Shown piece by piece: positions 1 to 14,912 of a stretch of DNA of 64,000 nucleotides. The stretch is from the NCBI RefSeq assembly GCF_009914755.1, contig NC_060927.1. One strand, written 5' to 3'. The notes beneath the pieces are model-generated. The model did not search any database. It saw only the letters and a list, made by a program, of their open reading frames with translations, and was not told the DNA's origin. The stretch's first letter is position 1; the number at the start of each line of letters is the position of its first letter. The DNA is from the human T2T-CHM13v2.0 reference genome, Homo sapiens. A program made the position numbers and the translations under genes.

Positions 1-1414
1 CTAAGGTCTTATCAACCCAATGCTTGCTTTAAATGTAGTTAATATAAGACAATATGTATGTAGCTTTAAGTAGCCTCTATAACATAAGCGTATTTTCCAA
101 TCATTAATGTCTTAAGCAAAAAGACCAAAAGTAGAAAATAACATTCTTCAAAAAATGTCTTTCTTGCCACAGTGTCCAAACTCTTCTATATGGCAGATGT
201 GTAATTTCCAGAAGTAATATAACACAGTGCGAAATCTCTACGTAACAAAGGAGGTCCAAATTTTTATTTGCCTCAAATGATATTCAACCGAACAGAATCC
301 CAATGCATAGAATATTGTAGACAATTAGAATTTCATTTTTGATGTAATTTTATTTCTTCACCAAACTAGGATTTGTAAATGTACCCATTTTAGTCGGATA
401 ATTTGTTCTAATACCTAAGTAGGTTTTGACCCTATAGTTAACAGAAGCTTTCTCTCAGTTATGCACAAGAACCCAGAAGAACGTTTGTGTGACTGACACC
501 GGTGAGCCTGGCAGATGAGAGTGACTCAGGGCAGTGTGACACATGTCACTGAAGTGTATCAGGTCCAAGCCTGAATGCACCTCCTGTAACTTAATTGGGC
601 TGCAAGTGCTGAGGCGGGCAGCAATTGGAGAGAATGAAAGTAGGCCAGATGTTTCTAGGCAATTATTGGCCTACCCACAGCACATACATGAATTAGACCT
701 TGTTCAGACAATGACTCCACATATACTGCCCAGATGATAAGCATGGGATTTTTCTCCACTCCCTACTGTCTCACAATGAAACTATTATTTACATTTTAAG
801 CATGTCTACAATTTGGCTACATTCTTCCTCTCCAACTGCGTCAGACACCTGCCATGTCAGTCACACTGCTCATTGCTGTTCTGCACTCACACGCATTCCT
901 TTCTTACCGTGCTTCATGTGCACTTTCCCCTAAAACTAATGTCCACCTCAACACCCCCACCTTCTATGTCCATCTTTCTATGTGTAATTCAGTACAAAGG
1001 CTATTATCCCACAAAGTCAAGATCAAGTTCACTCCTTCTACTCTTTCTTATCCAGTTTCAGGCCTTCCCAACTTTTACTTTAATTTTATTCGTTACTTTG
1101 CAATTTAGTATATAAGTGTATTCTTCATTGTTTGAAGCTCATGAGGTAGTCACTGAACTGAACTGTGAAGTCTTCCAGTTCAAGGCCCATCTTTTGTGCT
1201 TCCTGGTATCTGGAATTTGGTTGCTAGAAGTTCTGGATGTCACATTGATGGGGCAGGTTTCTCACTAAACTAATTTTCCATGCTGGCAACTAAATGGGAG
1301 TTAAAAATGTCGGTAAAGACAAAGACAAGTGGAGACTAATGTGCTGTCATTACTAGGGCAAGAATGGTGGTAAAGTCCCTATATTTGCCCACTGAAATAC
1401 CAACTATGATCATT

Positions 1415-1627
1415 ACCACAATAATTAGCATTTATTGGGCTTCTACCCCGTGCCTACTTTGGCTCTAAATCAGGGGTTTAATATGAACATAATTGCATTT
1501 AGTCAGGATAACAACACTGTTAAGTACGTATTATTTTCTCCATTTTAGGGAACGTAAGGAATTTCTCAAAGACCATTCAGAAGGTAAGAGTGGTGAAAAT
1601 GGAATCAAAACATAGTTTGACCTGACT
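1415..1627 (-). mobile_element. MIR SINE fragment
   Basis: Degenerate antisense MIR core (ttattttctccatttta; ggtaagagtggtgaaaatggaatc); boundaries approximate. Confidence 0.5.
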
Positions 1628-2479
1628 GTACAACTTTTTACCATAGAACTCAGAAAGAATTTAGGCCTCTAAAAACTATACACTTGTTCACAAAAAAAAC
1701 CATCCACCAATTATATATTGTAAATTATAAGTTGCATTGTATTTTAAAACAATAATCATTCAATCAAGCCCTGTTGAGCTCCTAAATATAGTATAGAAGG
1801 AATTAAATATCCAGTCCTTATAATAAAAAAAGAAAATATAGATGAATGGAGAGAAATCAAGTGTTAAATAAAAATTATATTAGAAATGTCTTAAAACAAT
1901 TTGTGATGAGTTCAATAACTGATGCCATGAGATTATATCAAGGCTTACTGTGATTGTAGGCTGAAGGTTTTAAGCACTAGATTCGATAGGAGAAAGACTT
2001 TGGAAAAGGAATGGAAAGCTTTTCTATCATTGGAAGGGAAGGCCTCAGATGTGAGAGATCTATATAAGCAAAGCACAGTTCCTTGTTCAGATGGCACTGA
2101 GTAAACTCATTTGGCAAAAGGAAAAAATTCACATAGGGAGTGATGAATGGAAGAGTATTAAGTTGTCCCAGGGAAAGAAGAATGAAAGCATTTTTAGACT
2201 AACCAGTGAGGAAGGAAAAGTTAGAGCTAAATGAATTTTCTCTGAACATGCCTCACTTCTTTCCAGTTCTTTTATTTCCTTTTTTATTTCTTCCCTGGGT
2301 CTTTTTGTTTTAGAGGTCTTTGGAAACTTTTGTCTTGTTTGCGTTATTTTATAAGTTTCTGACAAACCACGAACTATGACGTTGTCTACTGATATTTCTC
2401 TATTCCTTTTTTCAACATATGAAAAAAATTTTAAGTGTAACGTATCATCAGGTAATGTGATGTAGCAAAAAAAGTGTTT

Positions 2480-2660
2480 ATGGATTTTAAGGGCAAGCAG
2501 AGGTGGATTTGACACCAGTTCACCCAGTTCACCCATTTAGTGGCAAGTTGCTTACTCCCCATGTATCTCACGTTCTTCGTCTGTCAAATGGGAAAAAGAA
2601 TAACTACTTGGCAAGTAAATTGGATGTGAAGATTAGGAAATACATATGTAAAGCACTATT
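2480..2660 (+). mobile_element. MIR SINE fragment
   Basis: ggcaagttgctt...ctcacgttcttcgtctgtcaaatggg...gtaaagcact resembles MIR core. Confidence 0.55.
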
Positions 2661-2704
2661 TTTTACAACATAGCAAATGCAATGTTACATCTGGGTATTA
2701 TCAG

Positions 2705-2980
2705 TTCGTTCAACATTCAAGTCAGCAAAGTTTATATTTTATGCCAGAAACTCTGCTTCTTGCTGAAGTGCAGCAATGAAAACAAAACAGAACAAACCTA
2801 GTCTATATGCTATCAAGGAACTTAGATTCTAGTTAGGGAGATAGACAACAATCAGATTATAAATATGTAATATAGTTCACTATATTTCAATGCTGTGAAA
2901 AAATAAAAAGTATAAGTTAGGCTACGAGGATAAAAGTAGGCTTGGAGTATAAAGAGTTCATATACAGTGGTCAGGGAGGT
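2705..2980 (-). mobile_element. L2 3' end fragment
   Basis: caaggaacttagattctagttagggagatagac and gtggtcagggagg resemble antisense L2 3' end. Confidence 0.45.
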
Positions 2981-3654
2981 TCCAAAATATATTTATTTTT
3001 AAGGAAGAAAATATATGTAAAAATATGCTGCATAAAATATTTATCAATGTCATAATACAGAAATAGTTTTGAATACTGCAAAAATAGTACCAACTTTGTA
3101 AGAAGTTACTTCAAATAGAAATACACCACAGAGGATCCATCCAAGTACTTTTAGATAATTCATGTTTCATCAAAGGCTGAAAAACAAAGAATATTAAATC
3201 TAAAGTGTTTGAAACCGATAACTAATAAAGATCAATGAGGGACAAAAGCAAATTATCTTGGAAAGTGTGATTCCAGCCAATGAAAAAAGATGACACAATT
3301 TAACACCTACTTTGTATTCTGTAGAAAACTATTAAATGAGTTGAGCACTATTTCTATTGTATGGTGGTTAAAAGGGAAGTCCCAGGAAACAAAATATTTG
3401 GGTTCAAAGCTTTGATTTTTCTTAGCTGTGTGACCTAGCTTATGGAATTTATATGTTACTATGTTGATAATGCCATTTTTGGGGAAATTTTGTTATTATG
3501 AGAATACCAATACATTCTCTGACAAAAATATTATCTATTTGGAAATAGAGTAGTAGTATATGTATGCACTAAGCTGACTCAAATGTCAGGTATAATACAA
3601 TTTCCTACTTAGCTGAAATAAGTGAAGCAAACAATGATCTACCAAGTATAGTGA

Positions 3655-4007
<353 letters not shown>

Positions 4008-4765
4008 TCTTTAATTTCTGTGTTATGGCCCACCTCATTCTACAATTAATGTGAGGCAACTAAATCTTTAAGCTCTATGATGAAAAATAAAAATTATTTT
4101 TTAGAAAAATTGTTCTTCCTCATTCATAGCCTTAGGTCCTTTTACAAAGTCCCATAGCTAGAAGCCATTAGGTTATATACAATTATTCTTCTTGAATTTG
4201 GGAAATTCCGCTTTCCTGGAACTTTTCTCTTTTATAAAGAAAATATATACAACATACACATGTGTATTGTCAAATGTATATGTTATAGCTAAGGACATGA
4301 CAAAACAGTAACACTTTAACTTTATGTGTATTATGTCAAGTAACTGATAAGTTGTCAAAAATTTTATAGCGTAATTTTTAAAATTTCTGAAATATTACAT
4401 TTTAATTTTTAGAGAAATCATACCCACTTGTTATTCACGTAGTTTGTTTTTAAAATAAAATGACTCCTTTTTTAAATGGTCAGAGGAGAATAAGCAAATA
4501 AAAATAGATTTGAATTCTTTCCCTAAACCTGTTCATAAATGAGGGGCTCTTTTGGATTATAATCCACATTCTAATTTCTAGTGAGTCATCCTTCCTTACT
4601 ATGACACATAATACAAACAGAATGTAAGGACTCATCCTTCAGCTAATGCATTGTTTAGAAACTTAGTAAGCGAATAAAAGCGCGTGGCCACGAGGACACA
4701 AGAATATCTAAGCGCTGCAGAAACAGCCACATAATTTGCTCCTTGATTTATTGCATCTTTGGCAG

Positions 4766-4875
4766 GCAATGCTCTGAGCTTTCATGCATATATGGGCAAT
4801 TGGGGCATCTGTGATGAAGTGCTGTTGACAGAAGTATGGCCCGTGGTAACATGATTGCTATAATAAGGAACCATG
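4766..4875 (+). other. Candidate 110-nt non-coding/5'UTR exon (unconfirmed)
   Basis: Pyrimidine-rich acceptor tttattgcatctttggcag, consensus donor ATG|gtaagt; stops in all three frames; small CpG cluster at 4670-4715. Confidence 0.2.
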
Positions 4876-5446
4876 GTAAGTCAGACAGCTGTATCAATGG
4901 TTATTCTCTGCTTTGATATTTCAAAATGTCAACACACCATCACAAACTGTCAGGGGAAACAATTTAAAGATGTAGGGGAAGAAAAGAACACTTCTATTGG
5001 CAGTTCTTTAATCAGGTCATTGTTTAAGACATCCCTAATCACAGATATAATATATGCTGTTCTGTAACATATCTAAAAAACATAGGATTTCACCAAAAGC
5101 TGAAGGCCAACTTCATCAGTCTTATTTTAAAGTTATCACTTATTTTGCCTTGTAAGATGTTATAACTTAACCCTTCTAGGTCCACACTGGAATCTTCATG
5201 ACAATGGTTAAGAACTTATAAATGTAATATTACTTCACATAAGAACTCATACTTCTAAAAATAAAAACTGTATCAGAAAAGCCAAAAAAGGTCTTAACTT
5301 TAGGCTAAATTCAGCTATTTCATACTGGAAGGCCTAAAAATGAGGGAAGTATTAATTTATTCCACCCAGTTCACATTTTGGTACTGTCTAGCTTATAGTG
5401 AAAAAAGGCATCTTGAAGAAATAACTAATTTATAAAAGCGACTAGT

Positions 5447-5560
5447 AAATACTAAATGGATATATTCACTGACTCTATATTTGAATGTGTGTGTGTGTGT
5501 GTATAGATGTGTGTGTGTGTATATATATGTATATATATACATATATATAGCGAGTGAGAA
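5447..5560. repeat. Copy 1 of dispersed direct duplication including (TG)n/(TA)n microsatellite
   Basis: aaatactaaatg..tatattcactgact..atatttgaatgtgtg matches 7271 onward. Confidence 0.85.
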
Positions 5561-7270
5561 AGAATAAGTAATTATTTATTTGACTTATCCTGTCTTATCT
5601 CTTTTTCTATGTTCCAATTTATCAAATACTGATCTTTGATAGTATTAATGACTTCTGCAGTGACAACATCATGGAAAAAAATGATATATCTACTAATTAT
5701 AATATATTCAGTATATTTCATCAATATTTTAACTGGGAAATTAGTTCATATGATACAATATAGATTAAATTATAAAAGAAAAATAGCAACATGTACTCAA
5801 CAAATTATATATACTACTTTGTAAGGGAAATGTCTTTTATGTACATAATGAATAAATGCATTTATATGTTAGTTACTGTGTGCTATAACTAATGTAAACA
5901 TGTAGATTTTTCTCAACCAAAGTGAGAGATTTTACTAACCAGATATAATTTTGCTAGCAAAGAAGGAAATAAAGATACTACATGAACAGTAATTTAGTCC
6001 TGGCAGTTTAATGGAATGGCCAAACTAAGCCTGAAAACACTGATGCATTTTGTTGCATATGGAAATACAAAGAAATCATTAAATACTGTTACATTTGATG
6101 ACAAGAATTATGACTGTGTTAAAAATTCAATCAAGTTTCCTTGTCAGTTCAGTAACGATAATTTTAACATGTTCATACCAAAACCTAGTGAACCATGGAA
6201 TTGCATTCAACAAACAGAATGAAGCCAGATGCTAAGTCTATGATTAAGAAAATATTAAATATATTTACCATTTATTTATATTTTCAGCTGTATTGTACTT
6301 AAGTAAAAGGATAGTTTTTTAAATGGAATAAAAATTCATATATACAGCACTCTTCTTTTCTACAGTCTTACACATTAACTTACCCAGCAGCATTGCACTT
6401 TCTGCTAATGAAAAGAGAGCAGGCTGTACAAATCTTCTTAAGTCTCCTGTGGCAAGAAAACTATTACAGAAATGAATAGAAGGAGGTCTCTGGAGATTTT
6501 CTCTTGCCTTCTTGTTTTACCAGAGGCTGTTAGGATCACACTGAGAACTGTCAAAGCTGAAGAAACCACTGACAATTGGGTTTATACCCTTTGGGCAGTC
6601 AAGCTTTCATAGGGGATGATTCAACTTTGTCCGAGCACCAATACATTAGAAACAATGCGAAAACTCCCAGTGACTGGAGCCTGGCTTGTAACTGTAGACA
6701 AAGAGGAACTTTTCTGCTGGTGGTTCGCAAGGAAAGGCTTGTCGAAGAGAGTTAATTCAAGCAGCCTGAAATTACGTCAACCCTGTACATTTAAGCACTG
6801 TTAATCTGCAGCTTTGCACATTGTATTTTCAAAGCAGTTCAGCTGAAGGGTGGGAGAATAACTAGGTTTACAGAATCATTTAGAAACGTTAAATTTCTTA
6901 ACTCCCAACTTTGACAAGAAAATGCTCATTAGTGTTATGGGATGAGAGAGGAGAAAAAAATTTGAAAATCAAATTAAGATTATTATTTTATATTATTTTA
7001 TGACACATTTAATTTTTTCCAGAATAAATGAGCAAATTCATTGATGAATAAAATTATAGAAATGTAGATATATATGTAAAGTACTTACTAGGTCAAGACC
7101 TTCATCTTCATTTTATAGAGCAGTACAGATGAGTACTTCTTAATGAGTTTTGTAACTCTCATTTACATAGAAAACATTACAAATTCGCTATCAATATGAA
7201 TCATTTGAAATTCTTATTTTCGATTTACACATAGGTAGTCTCTTAGAAAATATACATCATAATATTTGTC

Positions 7271-7456
7271 AAATACTAAATGCGTATATTCACTGACTAT
7301 ATTTGAATGTGTGTGTGTGTGCATGTATATACGTGTGTGTATATATATGTATATGTATATATATATACACACACATATATATATAGTGAGAGAGAGAGAG
7401 ACAGATTGAGAGAAAGAGAATGAAAGAGAGAAAGAGACAGAGAGAGGAGAAAGAGA
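7271..7456. repeat. Copy 2 of dispersed duplication plus compound (TG)/(TA)/(GA) microsatellite
   Basis: Same unique ~40 bp leader and microsatellite order as 5447-5560. Confidence 0.85.
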
Positions 7457-7629
7457 AATTTTTCTATGCCACACAGGCTGGGATAGTAAAATGATAACTG
7501 ACTTAATAGAGTTTGTGAATATTGTCTGGTCTTCAGAAAAATTTTTTAACCAATGTGAATGTTCATCCATGCAAAATGCATGTTTATGGTGAGATGCACG
7601 TTAGTTGTATGTTTTCTTCATAGAAGAGC

Positions 7630-7800
7630 AAACATTTTAAGCCTGGTTTTTCTACTCACTAGCTGTGAAAACTTCAACAACTCACTGAAAAACATAATTT
7701 CAATTTCTGTAAAACAAAAATAATAATGCCTAGGGAGCTATCAAGATTAAATTATTTTGATCATGTGAAAGAAGATGACATAAAGTAGGTTGAACAAATG
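7630..7800 (+). mobile_element. MIR fragment
   Basis: tactcactagctgtg...tttctgtaaaac...taataatgcct...aagtaggttgaacaaatg. Confidence 0.45.
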
Positions 7801-8760
7801 TTTTTTTCTGGACTAAGAATTTTACACCATGGTAAATGTTTATCTTCAAAAACTTATTTCGTTGCTTTTATTGTGTGTCTGGCTCAGTGATCCTCTGCCC
7901 AATTGATGTAAGTTTCTTAATCCTACCCTTAACTAGAATTGCCATGTTAACCTACATTGTGGAATTACCTAACTTTGTGAAATGTCTTAAAGAAAAATTG
8001 TTTAAATGTGTGCCTTGACATATGAAGCTGATGAACTCATATTATGTGTTTATACTGGAAACATAAGTAATTATGCTTCATTTCCTCTTTGAGGAATTCA
8101 GATTAATAAGTCTTACATTTTGAGTTATGCTTCTCAATTTCAGAGCTCTCTAAAAATTAAGAAATCAGTTCACAGTAATATGAACTTAAGCTGAACTCAG
8201 TAATCATCTCTTAATTTTACTTAATGCAGTGTGCATATTCACATGGCAAACTAGCTGATTTAGCTGACCGCTGCTCAGGTCATGGATCAATTCACCAAAT
8301 GTATTTATCTATTTCTCCAAAGTCATACACCGGTGAACCACAAAATTAGGATCTTCTCTTTTGGAGAAGCATTGGTTCCTTGATTTTTCTTTTAAAGAGA
8401 AAGAGAACTTTTCTCTTTTAACTTAACCATTTCCATCCTCTATTTAAAATGAGACAATTACAGAAAGTAAAATATTTAATAGTCTATTAGTTATTTTACA
8501 TTCTTTATATACACAAAACATTTTTATGTATATATATTCAATGCTGTATATCATGTACAAGAAATTCAACACATAAAGCAGTCTACATGGAGTCACCCAT
8601 TAGTTTGTAGGCATTGCAAAGTTGAAAATTAATTCATTAGATTTTAAAGATAAAAAGTTTTTGAAGTTTTTCTTTGTTTCTCTAATACATATTTTTAAGT
8701 AGAATGTTCTTATGAACTGATTTGTTTTCATGTAACACTATGTTAAAACTTACTTTCTCA

Positions 8761-9073
<313 letters not shown>

Positions 9074-9558
9074 TTACTTTCTCATTTTGAAGCATCTTCC
9101 ACAAAAACATTTTTAAGAAGCCATATCACATTGCAATGTGCAGATCTACCATAATTATTTAAATTCAAATACCTGATTGGTCTTGTGGATTAATGCCAAT
9201 TTGACCCTTCTAAAAAAAAACATCAGTTTGAGTATGCCTGAGAAATGTCTTGTGAATCTATGATTTCTTTCTTAACCTAAATTTTTCCAAATGGAATTTT
9301 GGGGTCAAAGGTGATATAAATATTTCAGTTTGCACTCATGAAAGTTTGTAATAATTAATATACCACTTGGATATAAGGAACACTGAATATTTTACTTACA
9401 ACTCCACACACAGCATCAAACTTATAAATACAATAGCGAATTTACGATTTAAATATATTTTGAGTTGCTTATATATAAATATTGGCAAATTTATGGTACA
9501 GTAAAGCCACTCTCTTATAAAGTTATGTCTTTCAAGGCTCTTTCATGTATTTTACTAG

Positions 9559-9860
<302 letters not shown>

Positions 9861-11746
9861 TATAAGTTATTTTTAAATTGGTCATTTGCATGACTATTTT
9901 TTGCGTGTAATATCTCTATATGTATTAATCCATCTATCTTTTTTCTATCATCTGTATTTTTGTTGATACACCAAAATATATCAATTTTTTAAATTTATGG
10001 TTTCAATCATTGGTGTTATGCTTAGAAAGACTCTTTCCAAGTCAGGGTTATGTATTTGTCTATATTTAATAGAATTTGTTACTTTTGAAGCAATATTTCT
10101 CCTGGGTTTTGTTTCACCACATTATATGAAGTAGAGAGCAAGATACTGTTTTTAATTTTTGATACAATTAGTTCTTTGTTCTGATGCCACTTGAAAAACC
10201 CACTCTTTATTCATTTTAAATGCTGCCATTATAATTAATTTTCATATAAATTTATGTCTGATTCTGGACTTTCTGTTATAATTTACTAATTAATGTACAT
10301 CTTTTTTTTCTGTCAATATCACACTAATATAATTACTAAAGCTGTGTAACATCTGACAGTTCAATCCACCATCAAAACTGGATTGATTCTTCTCTTTTCT
10401 TAATTATATCAATAAATTTCATAAATGGCCCTCATTTTTTTTACACTTACTGAAATAGATTAATTTAAGAGAAACAAAGCATTCCAATATTGGCTCTATG
10501 ACATAAAATGTAAAAAGCAAATTAAAAAAAACTTTCCTGGTATTAATAAAACATTCTGAACCCAGAAACTCTTTTAGGAGGCAGGTTTTTCTTTTCTTTC
10601 TTTGCATTGACAAGTTTTTCCACAGATACTGATTTTCTGCTCCTCCTTAAATTCCTTAAGTCTCTTAGAAAATTTACATTTTATAGTAAAATATTCAATA
10701 TTGCTGGAGGGTTTTGGACATATAGTCACATAACTACCCCGCTTCTCACATCTAATATTATATATTTGTATATGCCATTTTCGTTGTGAAAAATACCAGA
10801 TTTCTATATACTGAATTGGCATATAATATTTTGATTTATCAGTTTTATTTTTTCTAATTCATTAGATTCTGCTATAATCCATACACTTGCCTTCTCTGTT
10901 TTCCAATTGCATGAGACAAATATTTCATTCATTGTCACTTTTTTCTCAATTTCATTGTTCACTGTAAAAACGTTGAAAAATATAGAACAAAAAATGTGAA
11001 ATTAACTATTATGTTACAATTGAAAAATAATTTTTGCTATGAAGTATAAGAAATCTGTCTTTGATCTAAAAATCTTGTGTAAGATTTTAGGATAAAATTA
11101 ACAAAGAAAACTTTAAATTAAACAATTATTATAGTTTTACCAATTACATTGACAAATTGCCCTCCAGGAATGGTCTATTTTTCCTTCAATACATTGGGTT
11201 TTGCAGTATTTCATGTCCTTACTTAATATCCAAAAATTTTACCTTTTTACCATTTGTGCTCTTTAACTTACATGTATTTAGTTACTAGTGATATTGTGAT
11301 ATTTAATACACTCATTGTTCATTTGTTTTGTGACAATTCCTTTTATCATCTGCTTAATTTTTTCTTGGAAACTTTATTTTCCAATTGAATTACAAGAATT
11401 CTTAGGGAAACAGAATTTTTGGCAAAATACTACAAATATCTTCCCTGATTTTTCAATAGTGTTTAATAATTCTATATGACATGGTGTCCTTTTAGATATT
11501 TGTGAGTGTTTGTGTCTGTGTGTGCACACATTAGAAATGCTTTCCACTTGAGAACCTGTGTTTCATCCTCCATCCTGATGTGCTGTGCCTTTTCCATCCC
11601 ATCAGTTGGGGTGGCTATCTTTATTGTTGGGCCTCTCAGTGGAGTGTAGCTGTATTTGAATGCTATTGAGCTCAAGTGTTTTAGGGTAGTCTAAACTAGA
11701 TGAGTGCTTTCTGAGTTCGGCCTTCATCTCCATGCCCCTATTTTCT

Positions 11747-13817
11747 TTCTTTCTTTTCTTTCTTTTCTTTCTTTCTTTTTTTTTTTTTTTAATACTTTTA
11801 AGTTCTGGGATACATGCACAGAACGTGCAGGTTTGTTACATAGGTATACAAGTGCCACTGTGGTTTGCTGCACCCATCAACCCATCATCTACATTAGGTA
11901 TTTCTCCTAATGCTATCCCTCCCCCAGCCCCTCACCAGCCAACAGGCCCTGGTGTGTGATGTTCCCCTCCATGCGTCCATGTGTTCTCATTGTTCGACTC
12001 CCACTTGTGAGTGAGAACAGGCAGTATTTGGTTTTCTGTTCCAGTGTTAGTTTGCTGAGAATGACCATTTCCAGCTTCATTAATGTCCCTGCAAAAGACA
12101 TGAACTCATCCTTTTTTATGGCTGCATAGTATTCCATGGTGTATATGTGCCACATTTTCTTTATCTAGTTTATCATTGATGTGCATTTGGGTTGGTTCCA
12201 AGTCTTTACTATTGTGAACAGTGCCACAATAAACATATGTGTGCACATGTCTTTATAGTAGAATGATTTATAATCCTTTGGGTATATACCCAGTAATGGG
12301 ATTGTTGAGTTAAATGGTATTTCTGGTTCTAGATCCTTGAGGAATCACCACACTGTCTTCTACAATGGTTGAACTAATTTACACTCCCACCAACAGTGTA
12401 AAAGTGTTCCTGTTTCTCCACATCTTCTCCAGTATCTGTTGTTTCCTGACTTTTTAATGATCACCATTCTAACTGGCATGAGATGGTATCTCATTGTGGT
12501 TTTGATTTGCATTTCTCTAATAACCAGCTATGATGAGCTTCTTTTCATGTTTGTTGGTCACATAAATGTCTTCTTTTGAGAAGTATCTCTTCATATCCGT
12601 TGCCCACTTTTTGATGGAGGTGTTTTTTTCTTGTAAACTTGCTTAAGTTCTTTGTAGATTCTGGATATTAGCCCTTTGTCAGAGGCACAGATTGCAAAAA
12701 TCTTCTCCCATTCTGTAGGTTGCCTGTTCACTCTGATGATAGTTTCTTTTGCTGTGCAGAAGTTCTTTAATTAGATCCCATTTGTCTATTTTGGCTTTTG
12801 TTGCCATTGCTCTTGGTGTTTTAGTCATGAAGTCTTTGCCCATGCCCATGTCCTAAATGGTATTGCCTAGGTTTTCTTCTAGGGTTTTTATGGTTTTAGG
12901 TCTTACATTTAAGTCTTTAATCCATCTTGAGTTAATTTTTGCATAAGGTGTAAGGAAGGGGTCCAGTTTCAATTTTCTGCATATGGCTAGCCAGTTTTCC
13001 CAACACCACTTATTAAATAAGGAATCATTTCCCCATTGCTTGTTTTTGTCAGTATGCCAAAAATCCAATGGTTGTAGATTTGTGGCATTATTTCTGAGGC
13101 CTCTATTTTGTTCCATTGGTCTGTATATCTGTTTTGGTACCTGTACCATGCTGTTTTGGTTACTGTAGCCTTGTAGTATAGTTGGAAGTCAGGTAGCATG
13201 ATGCCTCCAGCTTTGTTCTTTTTGCTTAGGATTGTCTTGCCTATATGGGCTCTTTTTTGGTTCTCATTAAACTTAAAGTAGTTTTTTTCTAATTCTGTGA
13301 AGAAAGTCAATGGTAGCTTGATGGGGATAGCATTGAATCTATAAATTACTTTGGGCAGTATGGCCATTTTCATGATACTGATTCTTCCTGTCCATGAACA
13401 TGGAATGTTTTTCCAATTGTTTCTGTCCTCTCTTACTTCCTTGAGCAGTGGTTTGTAGTTCTCCTTGAAGAGGTCCTTCACATCCCTTATAAGTTGTATA
13501 CCTAGGTGTTTTATTCTCTTTGTAGCAATTGTGAATGGGAGTTCTCTCATGATTTGGCTATCTGATTGTCTATTATTGGTGTATAGGAATGCCTGTGATT
13601 TTTGCACATTGATTTTGTATCCTGAGACTTTGCTGAAGCTGCTTATCAGCTTAAGGAGATTTGGGGCTGAGACGATCGGGTATTCTAAATAAATATACAA
13701 TCATGTCATCTGCAAACACAGACAATTTGACTTCCATTCTTCCTATTTGAATACCCTTTATTTCTTCCTCTTGCCTGATTGCCCCGGCCAGAACTTCCAA
13801 TACTACGTTGAATAAGA
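11747..13817 (-). mobile_element. 5'-truncated L1PA (about L1PA7/8), 3' ORF2 plus 3'UTR
   Basis: ORF2 RT/C-terminal peptides in ORF track (12987-13700, 11913-12155); (TTTC)n/poly-T tail; TSD ccctattttct at 11736-11746 and 13818-13828. Confidence 0.93.
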
Positions 13818-14699
13818 CCCTATTTTCTGAATTAGGGTTCTTCCACTGTCTCCACTACTTGTTTTCCATGACAATGCTTTGCTTCTTTAAAAAGTGAAGC
13901 TGTTGGTGCACCTACATGGTCTTTATTCAGGCCCTACTTTTACTATACATACTGAAATAAACCCTTCAACTTTTAAATTTGTTCTATATATACAATGCAT
14001 TTTCTAAATTATTGGCTTAAAGGTAGGATTCTCCCCCACTCTTGAGTTTATATTCTTTTATTTAGCCCCTGGAAAAAGAATAGAAAGAAAAACTTTCCAT
14101 TTCTGCAGCACTTGCATGGAGATAGTAAAACTGAATGTTATGTTTTTCCACAAAGAGCATTAACTAGATGAGGTTGTTGAAAAACCATGACCTTTGAGAG
14201 ACTCCATTATTTTAGATCTTCAGGACCTAACTGACCCCCTGAACTCAACACAAGACTGTCTTGAGCAAAGAACAATGGGACTCTTTTTAAGCAACTAAGA
14301 ACCAATGATCTCATACCTTCCTATCCAGAATGTTGCCTTCAATTGTTATATGTGATGTAAATATGATGTAGTAACTATGATGGTTTCCTCTCTCCTCTCA
14401 TGGCTTAAAAATCCTGAATTGACCCCTCAGTAGGATACTCTGATTTTTCTCACTGATCTGTATTTCCTTGCCTGGCATCTCCACTACTTTTATTTCCATT
14501 CCCAAGATCTAGTGGTCTTTGTTTTACTCTCTAACGTGACATTTTCTTGATCCTAAGACACCATAAAATTTTAAAACACATTTTGAATTTAATAAAAGGC
14601 CTCATTAGGAGAGGCATCAATCAACATCAACATGATACAAAATTGTTTGCCTTAATTTTAAGCCACAACCTGATATCAGAATTATTAAAATGTGAAAAA

Positions 14700-14912
14700 A
14701 AATGGACTATACTTTTAAGGTCAAATGGCCTGGGTTTAAGTCCTGATGTCATTACTTACTTGATGATTTTGGAATCCCCCTAAACCTCAGTTTTCTCACC
14801 TTTAAAATATAGATAATAATAAAACCTAACTCAGAAAGTGGTTGTGATAATTAAATACTTCAAATTTAACTACTAACTCCGAGCTTGGCCTAAAACAGTC
14901 ACTTAAATATAT
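14700..14912 (+). mobile_element. MIR fragment
   Basis: cctgggtttaagtcctg...aacctcagttttctcacctttaaaat...ggttgtgataattaaat. Confidence 0.6.

Noticed and set aside
543-1115. Short ORFs at the window start
   Set aside because: No recognisable protein; region resembles decayed L2-type sequence; lengths expected by chance
2129-2536. 135-aa minus-strand ORF with Lys/Glu-rich stretch
   Set aside because: Overlaps MIR and low-complexity T-rich DNA; no family similarity or clear splice sites
6600-6850. Mildly CpG-enriched unique stretch with short open frames
   Set aside because: Peptides unrecognised, no convincing donor; could be conserved non-coding DNA but not supportable without alignment
9870-11500. 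Possible very old antisense L1ME fragments (also ~54840-55330 and ~38400-38770)
   Set aside because: Too degenerate to bound or name by eye
14136-14541. Possible old LTR (tg...tgaca)
   Set aside because: Family and TSD could not be established
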